DNA of 32,000 nucleotides from Verrucomicrobiota bacterium (GCA_008932965.1 WBXG01000006.1:8144-40143), one strand, 5' to 3'. Shown: positions 1-8,139, counted from the first letter of the stretch. A program made the numbers and translations. Notes: a model not told the origin generated them from the sequence alone.

Positions 1-82
1 CTACTCATACATCCTCCCAAACGCCGGCGGTGTCTGGATCAAAATTTCAGAACCTCACGATGAGGCACTGAATATCCGGGTT
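1..82 (-). repeat. Window-truncated, degenerate copy of the palindromic repeat family (reverse orientation)
   Basis: It ends ...CACGATGAGGCACTGAATATCCGGGTT. It resembles the reverse complement of the left end of the copy at 5256-5532 (ATATTTCATACTGAATCGTCATGAGGCG...CACCACC.GCGG). It lies 14 nt beyond the pnp stop codon. Confidence 0.55.
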
Positions 83-95
83 CATAAAAGATCTG

Positions 96-2237
96 CTAGT
101 CTTCGCTACTACTCGAAGCAGCCGCTTGGTCACGATCTTTCATCGCAGCCTTGCGACTCAGTTTTACACGGCCTTTATCATCAAGACCGATGCATTTTAC
201 CCAAATAAGATCTCCTGTCTTCACAACATCTTCGACTTTATTGATACGAACCTCTGCTAACTCAGAAATATGGCAAAGGCCATCTTTTCCGGGAAGAACT
301 TCAACAAAGCAGCCAAATTCTTTAATAGAAACAACGGTTCCCTGATAGAGATCACCCACGAGAATTTCACGTGTCATTCCTTGAATGATTTCCTTGGCGC
401 GCTGTAAACTCTCAGCATTACTGGAGTAAATATTGACTGAACCATCATCTTCAATATTAATTTCAGCACCTGTCTCAGCAACAATTCCTTTGATTGTCTT
501 ACCACCGGGTCCAATAAGAAGTCCAATTTTATCAACGGAGATTTTTACTGTCTCGATACGTGGGGCATAAGGACTCATTTCAACACGTGCTGCAGGAAGT
601 GTTGTTGCCATATGCTCAAGAATCAATCCACGATTATGTTTGGTGTCTTCAATCGCTTCAGCCATCAGTTCATGAGTAATGCCAGGAAGCTTGAGGTCCA
701 GCTGGAATCCCGTAATCCCTTCGGTTGTTCCACAAAGTTTAAAATCCATATCACCAAAGTGATCTTCTGATCCAATGATATCGGTAAGAATTGAATATCG
801 AAGAATCGAGCCATCTTCTGATTGCTCAGTAACAAGTCCTGCTGAAATACCTGCGACAGGACGCTTGAGAGGAACACCAGCATCTAAAAGTGCTAGAACC
901 CCACCACATACCGAAGCCATCGAGGTAGAGCCATTGGATTCCATCACTTCACTAGTGACACGAATGGCATAAGGAAAATCAGAAGCTGATGGAATAACAG
1001 GGAAAATCGAGCGTTCCGCAAGAGCTCCATGCCCAATTTCACGACGACTTTGGCTTCCAAATCGACCTGTCTCTCCAACGCTGAACGGAGGAAAATTATA
1101 ATGCAAAAGAAAACGTTTTGTATCTTCACCACCTCCATAGGCATCGATGGTTTGTCCCTCATCAACCGTTCCTAAAGTAACTAAAGCGAGCGCTTGTGTC
1201 TCTCCACGCTGGAAAAGAGCAGAGCCGTGAGTTCGAGGAAGAAGTCCTGTTTCACTTGTAAGGGCTCGAAGTTCTTTTAAGCCACGGCCATCACATCGTT
1301 TTTGGCGATCAAGAATACTAACACGAAATGCTTTTTTCTGAAGATAGTCAAAAGCTTGAGAAATTTCAAAAGGTGTTGCTGTAGGAAATTTTTCTAGAAC
1401 TGCTGCACGCACCTCTTCTTTTAAGGCTCCTACAGCCTTTCCGCGAGCAACTTTTCCGGAGGTATAAAGGGCATTTTCGATACGTTCCCCAGCGATATTA
1501 TAAGCAATTTCTAATAAGCCCTCATCTACACTTAATAAAGGAACTTCTCTTTTTGTTTTTCCAATTTTAGCCACTAATTCACGTTGAGCAGCGATGATAA
1601 GGCGTACATTTTCGCGTGCAAAATCGAGTGCTTTGATAAAATCTGCTTCCGGAAGTTCATTCGCGGCACCCTCAATCATGATGACTTTATCTCCATCACC
1701 TACATAAACAAGGTCGAGATCGCTGAGCTCACGTTCACGATGCGTGGGATTAATCACAAAATCTCCGGCCACGCGTCCTACACGAACCGCTCCAATGGGA
1801 CCAGCAAATGGAATATCTGAAACACAGAGGGCTGCTGAAGCCCCATTAATGCTCAGTAAATCAGGATCATTTTCTCCATCTGCGCTGAGTAGGATACTTA
1901 TGATTTGAGTATCGTATAAGTAACCTTTAGGAAAAAGGGGGCGCAGGGGGCGATCGATCATTCGGCTCGTTAAAATTTCTTTTTCGCTAGGGCGCCCTTC
2001 ACGCTTAAAATAACCACCAGGAATCTTTCCAACAGCAGCAGCTTTTTCCTTGTAATCGACTGTTAGAGGAAAGAAATCTTGTCCCTCCTTCATCGTTGTC
2101 GCACTGACCGCACTTGTCATCACGACAGTATCTGCATAGCTTACGACAACGGCTCCATCGGCCAGCTTGGCGATTTTACCTGATTCAAAAGTAATAGGAG
2201 AGCGACCAACGAAAGCAGTAACAGTGTGTTGTGACAT
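96..2237 (-). CDS. pnp: Polyribonucleotide nucleotidyltransferase (PNPase)
   Basis: There are two RNase PH-like halves, a KH motif (LIGPGGKTIKGI) and a C-terminal S1 domain (GTVVSIKEFGCFVEVLPGKDGLCHISEL). The ATG at 2237 (MSQHTVTAFVGR...) is preferred. The ORF-track extension to 2357 adds 40 atypical residues. Gene order is the classical rpsO-pnp. Confidence 0.95.
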   Translation of the reverse strand: MSQHTVTAFVGRSPITFESGKIAKLADGAVVVSYADTVVMTSAVSATTMKEGQDFFPLTVDYKEKAAAVGKIPGGYFKREGRPSEKEILTSRMIDRPLRPLFPKGYLYDTQIISILLSADGENDPDLLSINGASAALCVSDIPFAGPIGAVRVGRVAGDFVINPTHRERELSDLDLVYVGDGDKVIMIEGAANELPEADFIKALDFARENVRLIIAAQRELVAKIGKTKREVPLLSVDEGLLEIAYNIAGERIENALYTSGKVARGKAVGALKEEVRAAVLEKFPTATPFEISQAFDYLQKKAFRVSILDRQKRCDGRGLKELRALTSETGLLPRTHGSALFQRGETQALALVTLGTVDEGQTIDAYGGGEDTKRFLLHYNFPPFSVGETGRFGSQSRREIGHGALAERSIFPVIPSASDFPYAIRVTSEVMESNGSTSMASVCGGVLALLDAGVPLKRPVAGISAGLVTEQSEDGSILRYSILTDIIGSEDHFGDMDFKLCGTTEGITGFQLDLKLPGITHELMAEAIEDTKHNRGLILEHMATTLPAARVEMSPYAPRIETVKISVDKIGLLIGPGGKTIKGIVAETGAEINIEDDGSVNIYSSNAESLQRAKEIIQGMTREILVGDLYQGTVVSIKEFGCFVEVLPGKDGLCHISELAEVRINKVEDVVKTGDLIWVKCIGLDDKGRVKLSRKAAMKDRDQAAASSSSED

Positions 2238-2431
2238 AATTTTTAGTAAGAGATAGGGTGTTACATTAGAAGCAATAAAGCTTTTTGTGTTTTTTGTTGT
2301 AGTTGAAATTTCAGGTTCAGCGCATGCCGATATCCTATTTGAGCAGAAACCTAACAAGGTTTGTTGGAACTAGGAGCCGCAGCTGCATTCTTTTTCCATT
2401 TCAACCTCAAACTTTAAAAGCCTCTATTCGG

Positions 2432-2686
2432 CTATTTTCTAAGTTGGAGTTGTTGAATGAGTGATTGATAACGGTCGTTTGCTTTTTTCTTGAGATAATC
2501 AAGGAGCGAACGGCGTTGTGCTACGAGTGCAAGTAAACCACGTCGAGAAGAATGATCTTTGACATGACTTTTGAGATGTTCAGTGAGTGTTGTAATACGC
2601 TGTGTGAGGCTCACAATTTGAACATCAGCGCTTCCTGTGTCTTTTTCATGCAGCCGAAATGCTACGGTTGTATCAGTTGTTGTCAT
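2432..2686 (-). CDS. rpsO: 30S ribosomal protein S15
   Basis: The 84-aa product carries an S15-like pattern ([34 protein letters not shown]). It lies directly upstream of pnp on the same strand. Confidence 0.93.
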   Translation of the reverse strand: MTTTDTTVAFRLHEKDTGSADVQIVSLTQRITTLTEHLKSHVKDHSSRRGLLALVAQRRSLLDYLKKKANDRYQSLIQQLQLRK

Positions 2687-2745
2687 ATTTTTTTACTAGT
2701 TAAAGAAGCTCTCACAGTTGTTATGGCTTGGCAAGAAGAAAGATT

Positions 2746-2810
2746 GAACCCTGATATTTCATACTCATCGCAGCTTCCTCGTCACGATGAGTATGGAATA
2801 TTCGGGTTTA
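2746..2810. repeat. Mini (about 65 bp) member of the palindromic repeat family
   Basis: Sequence: GAACCCTGATATTTCATACTCATCG-CAGCTTCCTCGTCA-CGATGAGTATGGAATATTCGGGTTTA. It is essentially two terminal inverted repeats back to back. It sits between the upstream terminator and the rpsO start. Confidence 0.7.
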
Positions 2811-2828
2811 TCAACTCTATGTATTCTT

Positions 2829-2859
2829 TAAAAAAAAAGCCTGGATCATCGATCCAGGC
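2829..2859 (-). terminator. Rho-independent terminator of the 2895-3341 gene
   Basis: A perfect 9-bp stem (GCCTGGATC/GATCCAGGC, 2839-2847 and 2851-2859) is followed on the minus strand by a run of about 9-10 T (plus-strand A run 2829-2838). The plus strand also reads stem plus TTTTATTT, so it may act in both directions. Confidence 0.65.
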
Positions 2860-2894
2860 TTTTATTTGATTAGAAAAAATAGAATTCTTTGAAA

Positions 2895-3341
2895 CTAGCT
2901 CCCAGCAGGGGAAGTTTTTAGTTTCATTTTTTGATGCATCTCTTGGCAATGTTTCTTAAGTTTTTCCATGATGGGCTTCATGCTCGGATCTTTTGTGCAA
3001 ATAGCATCACAGAGTTCTTTTTTATGTCCTTTAGTCCCAAGTGTCGGATTCTCTGCAATCACAGCTGCTTTTGTAGTACAAAAACGATGGCGTTCTTCTT
3101 TTGTTAAAACATCGTGGCACGATTTTTTCATGGTCCACTTGTCACAGGCCATTTCCTTTGTACAGGGCTTCTCCATCGTGCAGGCGCTCTTGTTGTCAGT
3201 GCCGCAACAGGAATTTGTTGTGGAGGTGACTGGATTGGAGATCGCAGCGGTAGTTGGCGATGGTGCCGTTTGTTCTTGGGCAACAGTGAAGCCGGTCATC
3301 AACAGAGCGGCTAGTAGGATAGTGCTAAGTCTCTTGTTCAT
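2895..3341 (-). CDS. Secreted cysteine-rich hypothetical protein
   Basis: The 148-aa ORF has an N-terminal signal-peptide-like segment (MNKRLSTILLAALLMTGFTVAQE). The mature part contains 10 Cys and is Lys/Thr-rich. I recognise no family. Confidence 0.55.
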   Translation of the reverse strand: MNKRLSTILLAALLMTGFTVAQEQTAPSPTTAAISNPVTSTTNSCCGTDNKSACTMEKPCTKEMACDKWTMKKSCHDVLTKEERHRFCTTKAAVIAENPTLGTKGHKKELCDAICTKDPSMKPIMEKLKKHCQEMHQKMKLKTSPAGS

Positions 3342-3463
3342 AGTAATTTTGTTAATAAGTTAGATGTATCTTGCGATAGGAAAGATAACATAACACACCT
3401 TACTTATTTCGCAAGGCCTGATGATGCTTCTAACTTCCTTGCCTCAAGGATCCTTAAGAATTA

Positions 3464-3718
3464 CTACAATTTATTTTCTGAAGCTTTGTCTGCATGTGCA
3501 AAAAAGCGATGAGAGAGAATAAAAAAAGTGGGAGCCCAAAGGCCAACAAAAATACCAAAGCGCTCTCCATAGGCTCTATGAGCACAAGCAGCAGCGTTAT
3601 TCCAATCTAGTGGAGAATTACCGCTCATAATATACCAAATAAGAATCGATCCAATAATGGAGGCAAAGCCTGCAACGAAACAAAAGCTACCAAGCAGTTG
3701 AAGTGTTGATTTATTCAT
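3464..3718 (-). CDS. Small membrane protein, hypothetical
   Basis: The 84-aa ORF has two hydrophobic stretches (LLGSFCFVAGFASIIGSILIWYI and FGIFVGLWAPTFFIL). I recognise no family. Confidence 0.45.
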   Translation of the reverse strand: MNKSTLQLLGSFCFVAGFASIIGSILIWYIMSGNSPLDWNNAAACAHRAYGERFGIFVGLWAPTFFILSHRFFAHADKASENKL

Positions 3719-3903
3719 AATGATTTTTAGTTTTTTAGTTTTTTTAAAAACGCTATTCCTATTTTGTTGAAACAGCGCAACTGCTTATTAGGTCATGGAT
3801 TCTTTCTATGTGCAAGAATTAAGAATCATAAAATGGACTCATCAATAATGCTACCTATGCTTGCCCGAATGCTTCACCCAAATTACCTACTAAAGAGCCC
3901 AAT

Positions 3904-4935
3904 CTAAATGGATGGGGGGCTGTTTATTTTCATGACTCGAAAACTTGTATATCCATCTTTTGTGACTGGCGGTGGAGCTTTTCCTTTTTCGACTTTATCT
4001 GTGGTATAGGTAGCTGCATACGCTTTCGGACAAGGATCAGTGCCAGGAACGAGGTAATACTGTGTCATCAAATTATGATCGTGATGATACAGTGTATCAC
4101 TCTGTGTGGTCGGGTTGCCACGGGTTGATGTCCATTCTTTAATTTCTAATTGAGAATAAAAGAGTCCATAATTATCATAGAGTCCATTCATGTGGGTTTC
4201 ATTTTGAGTATTTCCATAATAAAAATCGATTATTGGAAGTGACCACCGTGCACCTTCCTGTAATGTGATTCCAGTAAACATACTGCGATAGGTATCTCTA
4301 GTGGCATTAGCAAATCCACTAAGATAAGCATCATAACCGTTATCAATTTTATAGGCTCCAGTTTCTGTGGTTTCGTCTCCCTCAGGAGCCGTTGGCTGTC
4401 CATGGTGCAGCCAGTTACAGAAACGAGCAGCATCCAGTAAATTGATTCTAGTGATAGGGAGATCTCCTCTATGTACCTTATAGGATCGACCAGGAACTTC
4501 AATCTTCACTTCCGTATTAGGGTCGATCAAATCGTAATGGAATGTTCCATCGTTACGACTGCTTTTCTGAATTTTAGCTACATGAGGAGGAGCAGTCTGG
4601 CGATGAGTTTTAGGATCAAATTGACCAACAGGATCCTTAGACATATCACTGGAGTAGAGTCCAAAGGGATCACTTTTTGTTGCTACCGCATTTAAAAAAG
4701 CACAATACTCATTGCCGGTAATACAAGATTCTGAGATATAAAAAAAGGGACCGTTTTGATTAGGTTTACCGTTTTGATCATTCTCTTCGTAAACGGGAAT
4801 CTGTTTGATTTCAAAAGGGGGTACTAAAACTTCCAGGGGGGGGGAGTGAAGGCTCCTCAGAAGAGGGGGGGGCTTTAGGATCAGGCGTCGTTGTAGGAGA
4901 GTCCTCATTTCCGGAGGCAGGGAGAGAGGAATCAT
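3904..4935 (-). CDS. FGE/SUMF1-type (formylglycine-generating-enzyme fold) domain protein, probably the 3' part of a frame-split gene
   Basis: Motifs typical of the SUMF1/EgtB/PvdO-like family are present: ITGNEYCAFLNAVATKSDPFGLYSSDM and RINLLDAARFCNWLHHGQP...TETGAYKI. The first roughly 30 codons of the ORF overlap ORF 4811-5245 in another frame and are probably not translated as drawn. Confidence 0.7.
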   Translation of the reverse strand: MIPLSLPPEMRTLLQRRLILKPPPLLRSLHSPPLEVLVPPFEIKQIPVYEENDQNGKPNQNGPFFYISESCITGNEYCAFLNAVATKSDPFGLYSSDMSKDPVGQFDPKTHRQTAPPHVAKIQKSSRNDGTFHYDLIDPNTEVKIEVPGRSYKVHRGDLPITRINLLDAARFCNWLHHGQPTAPEGDETTETGAYKIDNGYDAYLSGFANATRDTYRSMFTGITLQEGARWSLPIIDFYYGNTQNETHMNGLYDNYGLFYSQLEIKEWTSTRGNPTTQSDTLYHHDHNLMTQYYLVPGTDPCPKAYAATYTTDKVEKGKAPPPVTKDGYTSFRVMKINSPPSI

Positions 4936-5245
4936 TTTGTTCTATGGTGGTTTCTCCAAGAGCTGTTGTTGTTGTTTTTATCCACGAACCATTAGCATAC
5001 GTGGTTAGCTTCACCGATGATCCATCAACATTATCAATCGTTTTTACGGAGGAGCCATCAGTCTTAGTGACGGTGGTGATTGTTGTACCATCAGATTTAT
5101 CAATCCTAGTGACTGTTGATCCATCCGGATTATGAATGATGACTGGCGGAATTACAGAGGGACCAGAGTCATCTGCAAAAATGGGCGTCATTAGAAAAAC
5201 AATCCAAAAAAAAGTGATAAAGAAAGAGGTAGGGATTCGATTCAT
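4811..5245 (-). CDS. Signal peptide plus short beta-repeat region, probably the 5' part of the same frame-split gene
   Basis: The signal peptide is MNRIPTSFFITFFWIVFLMTPIFA. An approximately 11-residue repeat follows (DGSTVTRIDKS / DGTTITTVTKT / DGSSVKTIDNV / DGSSVKLTTYA), then a Pro-rich tail that runs into the poly-C tracts. Confidence 0.6.
   Translation of the reverse strand: MNRIPTSFFITFFWIVFLMTPIFADDSGPSVIPPVIIHNPDGSTVTRIDKSDGTTITTVTKTDGSSVKTIDNVDGSSVKLTTYANGSWIKTTTTALGETTIEQNDSSLPASGNEDSPTTTPDPKAPPSSEEPSLPPPGSFSTPF
4836..4872 (-). repeat. Two homopolymer tracts (C9 and C8 on the coding strand) at the junction of two overlapping frames
   Basis: The plus-strand G runs are 4836-4844 (9 G) and 4865-4872 (8 G). 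On the minus strand they encode the Pro runs of both overlapping ORFs. Confidence 0.9.
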
Positions 5246-5255
5246 AAAAATTTTT

Positions 5256-5532
5256 GGGTTAACCCGGATATTTCATACTGAATCGTCATGAGGCGCTGCG
5301 AATCCTGATGCAGACACCACCAGCGGTCGGGAGACCGCGGGGGAGACTGCCCTGGCTTTAAGGGGGCAGCACTGAAAGGGCGAGACGAGCGGGAGCAAGC
5401 GAGTCAACGAAGGTGATGGATTGTGACGACGGCTGTATGTTTCATACTGCCCGAGGAGCAATTCGAAGGTCAAGCAGTATCAATCAGGTGTTCGCAAGCC
5501 GCAGCAGAATCGGTATGAAATAGGCGGGTTAA
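5256..5532 (+). mobile_element. Long-form (277 bp) palindromic MITE-like element, intergenic
   Basis: The element runs GGGTTAACCCGGATATTTCATACTGAATCG...CGGTATGAAATAGGCGGGTTAA. It carries the GC-rich internal module, which is near-identical to the one at 6039-6133 (1 mismatch by eye). Indels break the open frames seen in the genic copies. Confidence 0.85.
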
Positions 5533-6353
5533 GATTCTGGTGGTTCCAATAGCCTAATTTTGGGATCGATCCAGCGGCTATCAGGAAAAATCAGGGGAGG
5601 AGTGGTAGTAACGAGGGTTGCTTTTTCTAAAACAAACTCAGGATAAAAAGAATCACTTGCTGGTTCATACACTTTCTCGCCGGAGAAGTGCCCCTCAAGT
5701 TGATACTCATAATTATTATCAGCTCCTATTTGATTTTTTTTTCGGTCAGGAGCTAGCATTTTTTGCTCGTTGAACATGACTAATTGAGACCCTTTCCAAG
5801 GTTTGCTGGGCTCTTTTACCCAGCCCCACATATGATAGTCGACTTTATAAAAACGACGTCCTATGAAGTAGTGACCTGGTGTTTCATTGGCAATGGCCCT
5901 CTTAATGGCAGTACGATCAGAGGCATTTTGCTCAACGATGGTTGTGCACCCAGAAAGAAATAGAAAAAAACCTAACAGTATCCCTAGCCCGAATATTTCA
6001 TACTGATCGTGACGAGGAGGCCGCGAAAGCTGATGGGGCACCACCGGCGGTCGGGAGACCGCGGGGGAGACTGCCCTGGCTTTAAGGGGGCAGCACTGAA
6101 AGGGCGAGACGAGCGGGAGCAAGCGAGTCAACGCAGACACATATTTTGACGCAGGGCTGTGTGTGTACACACTGCCCGAGGAAGACTTCGAGATCAACAC
6201 AGCATCCATCTGACTTCCCGGTCTCCGCAGTAGATCAGAATGAAATATTTGGGCTAAAGCAACGAGGAATGGCTGTTGAAAGAATATTCTATCTTTAGAA
6301 ATTCTTTTTTCATCATGATGACTCTGAGATCGCTCTCGTGGATGATCAGGCAT
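5529..6353 (-). CDS. Putative lipoprotein whose 5' region is occupied by a repeat element (start uncertain, possible pseudogene)
   Basis: The C-terminal roughly 150 aa look like a genuine protein preceded by a lipobox (GILLGFFLFLSGC). Codons 33-123 of the ORF are exactly the 273-nt element at 5985-6257. There is no canonical start codon between the element and the lipobox. Confidence 0.55.
   Translation of the reverse strand: MPDHPRERSQSHHDEKRISKDRIFFQQPFLVALAQIFHSDLLRRPGSQMDAVLISKSSSGSVYTHSPASKYVSALTRLLPLVSPFQCCPLKARAVSPAVSRPPVVPHQLSRPPRHDQYEIFGLGILLGFFLFLSGCTTIVEQNASDRTAIKRAIANETPGHYFIGRRFYKVDYHMWGWVKEPSKPWKGSQLVMFNEQKMLAPDRKKNQIGADNNYEYQLEGHFSGEKVYEPASDSFYPEFVLEKATLVTTTPPLIFPDSRWIDPKIRLLEPPES
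5985..6257 (+). mobile_element. Long-form (273 bp = 91 codons) palindromic MITE-like element inside ORF 5529-6353
   Basis: The element runs TAGCCCGAATATTTCATACTGATCGTGACGAGGAGGCCGCGAAAGC...GATCAGAATGAAATATTTGGGCTAA. It is read on the minus strand as LAQIFHSDLLRRPGSQMDAV...PPRHDQYEIFGL without a stop. Confidence 0.9.
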
Positions 6354-6485
6354 TTGAGAAAATTACTGAGGTGATTCCCCAATGACAAGAGCAACATTTT
6401 CTATTAAAAAGTTGCATCACAAAGGTTCGGCTGATATGCGTTCTAACTTAAGTTCAAAAGCCGTCATTTCACTCTAAAATCAAAT

Positions 6486-6986
6486 ATGTCCATGGAACGT
6501 TTTCAAAACTTATTAAAAGATCTTGGGTCAAGCGTTGGGTTGCCTGATTTGAAACCGAGTGATGATGGTCTTTGCTCTCTTCGCTTTGATGATCGAGTTA
6601 CTATTGATTTAGAGAGTAATGATGAGACAGGAGCCATGATTTTCTCAAGTATTGTGGCAACATTATTACCCTATCAAACTGAAAAATTATACCCTGAATT
6701 ACTTGAAGCCAATCTCCTGTGGGCGGGAACTGGTGGGGCTACTCTAGGTGTTGATCCTGCAACATTAAGTGTCTTTATGTGCTACCAGGAAAAAATTGAA
6801 GGAATGGAATTTCTACGATTTCAAGAGTTGCTTAAAGGCTTCAGCGATGTTGCCCTCTTTTGGAACAAGCGTCTTCAACAAGGAGAAGAGTCAGAGACGA
6901 GCCAAACACCATCTGAATCGGTCTCCCTAACTGAGGTCACTCCTCCTGCTCCTTCTGCTGCTGGATCGGTGGGGACTTATGCATAG
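6486..6986 (+). CDS. Type III secretion chaperone-like protein (CesT/Tir-chaperone family pattern)
   Basis: The pattern FQNLLKDLGSSVGLPDLKPSDDGLCSLRFDDRVTIDLE...LLPYQTEKLYPELLEANLLWAGTGGATLGVDP...FLRFQELLKGFSDVALFWNKRL fits class I T3S chaperones. An acidic/Ser-Pro C-terminal tail follows. Confidence 0.6.
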   Translation: MSMERFQNLLKDLGSSVGLPDLKPSDDGLCSLRFDDRVTIDLESNDETGAMIFSSIVATLLPYQTEKLYPELLEANLLWAGTGGATLGVDPATLSVFMCYQEKIEGMEFLRFQELLKGFSDVALFWNKRLQQGEESETSQTPSESVSLTEVTPPAPSAAGSVGTYA

Positions 6987-7884
6987 CATTGATCCAGATT
7001 CTTCTGAAAAACTCTCCTTACCCGCTCTGAAAGAGGAACCAAGATTCCCTTCTCCATTAAAGTTAAAAATGCCTCCGATTCCTATTGGAACAAAATTATT
7101 AGGAGGATCTTCGCCTCTCTTTATTTTAGGCCCTTGTGTGATTGAGGGTGAAAAAGCCTTGATGCATGCAGCAAAAAAAATCTACTCGATCTGTGATGAT
7201 CTAGGGGTCGATTTTATTTTTAAAGCCTCCTATGATAAAGCAAATCGGACCTCAGCCACTTCCTATCGTGGTATGGGGCCTCGTGAAGGATGTGCGATGC
7301 TGGCCGAAGTTGGAGCAGCTATTGGGGTTCCTGTTACAACTGATATTCATACTGTAGAAGAAGTATTAATAGCGGCTGAATTCATTGACGTATTACAAAT
7401 CCCTGCTTTTCTCTGTCGTCAGACCGATTTGATCGTAGCTGCTGCTAAGACTGGACGTGTTGTTAATGTCAAAAAGGGACAATTTCTTGCCCCATGGGAT
7501 CTCAAGCCTATTGCAGAAAAACTGACACGTGCAGGGTGTGAAAAATTCTTTTTTACCGAACGAGGAACGACCTTTGGATATAACAACCTTGTGGCTGATA
7601 TGCGTTCTCTTTATTGGATTCGAGAAGGTGGTTATCATGTTGTTTTTGATGCCACACACTCGGTCCAACGTCCCGGCGGAGGGGGAGATCATACTACTGG
7701 CGATGGAATTTTAGCGCCCGTACTAGCAAGGGCGGCGATGGCGGCTGGTGTTGATGGAATTTTTTTAGAAACTCATGAAGATCCCACCAAAGCCTTTTCT
7801 GATGGTCCCAATCAAATTTCTCATGCCACTCTTCCTAAGGTGCTCCGCTCTCTCTTAGCAATTCATAGGGCAATTTATGAGTGA
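6979..7884 (+). CDS. kdsA: 3-deoxy-8-phosphooctulonate (KDO8P) synthase
   Basis: Motifs present are LFILGPCVIEGE, FKASYDKANRTS, QIPAFLCRQTDL and FDATHSVQRPGG. The alternative start ATG 7069 (MPPIPIGTKLLGG) gives a more typical length of about 271 aa. The 6979 start overlaps the upstream ORF by 8 nt. Confidence 0.93.
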   Translation: MHSIDPDSSEKLSLPALKEEPRFPSPLKLKMPPIPIGTKLLGGSSPLFILGPCVIEGEKALMHAAKKIYSICDDLGVDFIFKASYDKANRTSATSYRGMGPREGCAMLAEVGAAIGVPVTTDIHTVEEVLIAAEFIDVLQIPAFLCRQTDLIVAAAKTGRVVNVKKGQFLAPWDLKPIAEKLTRAGCEKFFFTERGTTFGYNNLVADMRSLYWIREGGYHVVFDATHSVQRPGGGGDHTTGDGILAPVLARAAMAAGVDGIFLETHEDPTKAFSDGPNQISHATLPKVLRSLLAIHRAIYE

Positions 7885-8139
7885 CCCTCATTCACATTCT
7901 GAAAAACTTTAGATCTTCTCTTATTTGTTTGGTACCTCATAACACTTCAGCATCAAGGATCTGCGCTCATTGCGCAGACATCGGTTGAAAAAATTGAAAT
8001 TCGAGAAAAGAGAAGTATTCTATAGTGTATTACGTTGAAAAAGGGATGATAGAAACGCTGAAAAATTTTCTTAGGACAAGGCCAAAGATCGAAGCACTAT
8101 CGAAAGATAGCCAATGATCTGAGAGCGTACCCCTTTCAA

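Noticed and set aside
2238-2357. 40-codon N-terminal extension of pnp given by the ORF track
   Set aside because: The extension (MLGFCSNRISACAEPEIS...) is unlike PNPase N-termini. The conserved protein begins at the internal ATG 2237 (MSQHTVTAF...).
7960-7978. 7-bp hairpin TCTGCGC-TCATT-GCGCAGA in the 255-bp kdsA-lptC spacer as the kdsA terminator
   Set aside because: The stem is short and no T-run follows. I found no other recognisable RNA or ORF in this unusually long spacer, so it is left unannotated.
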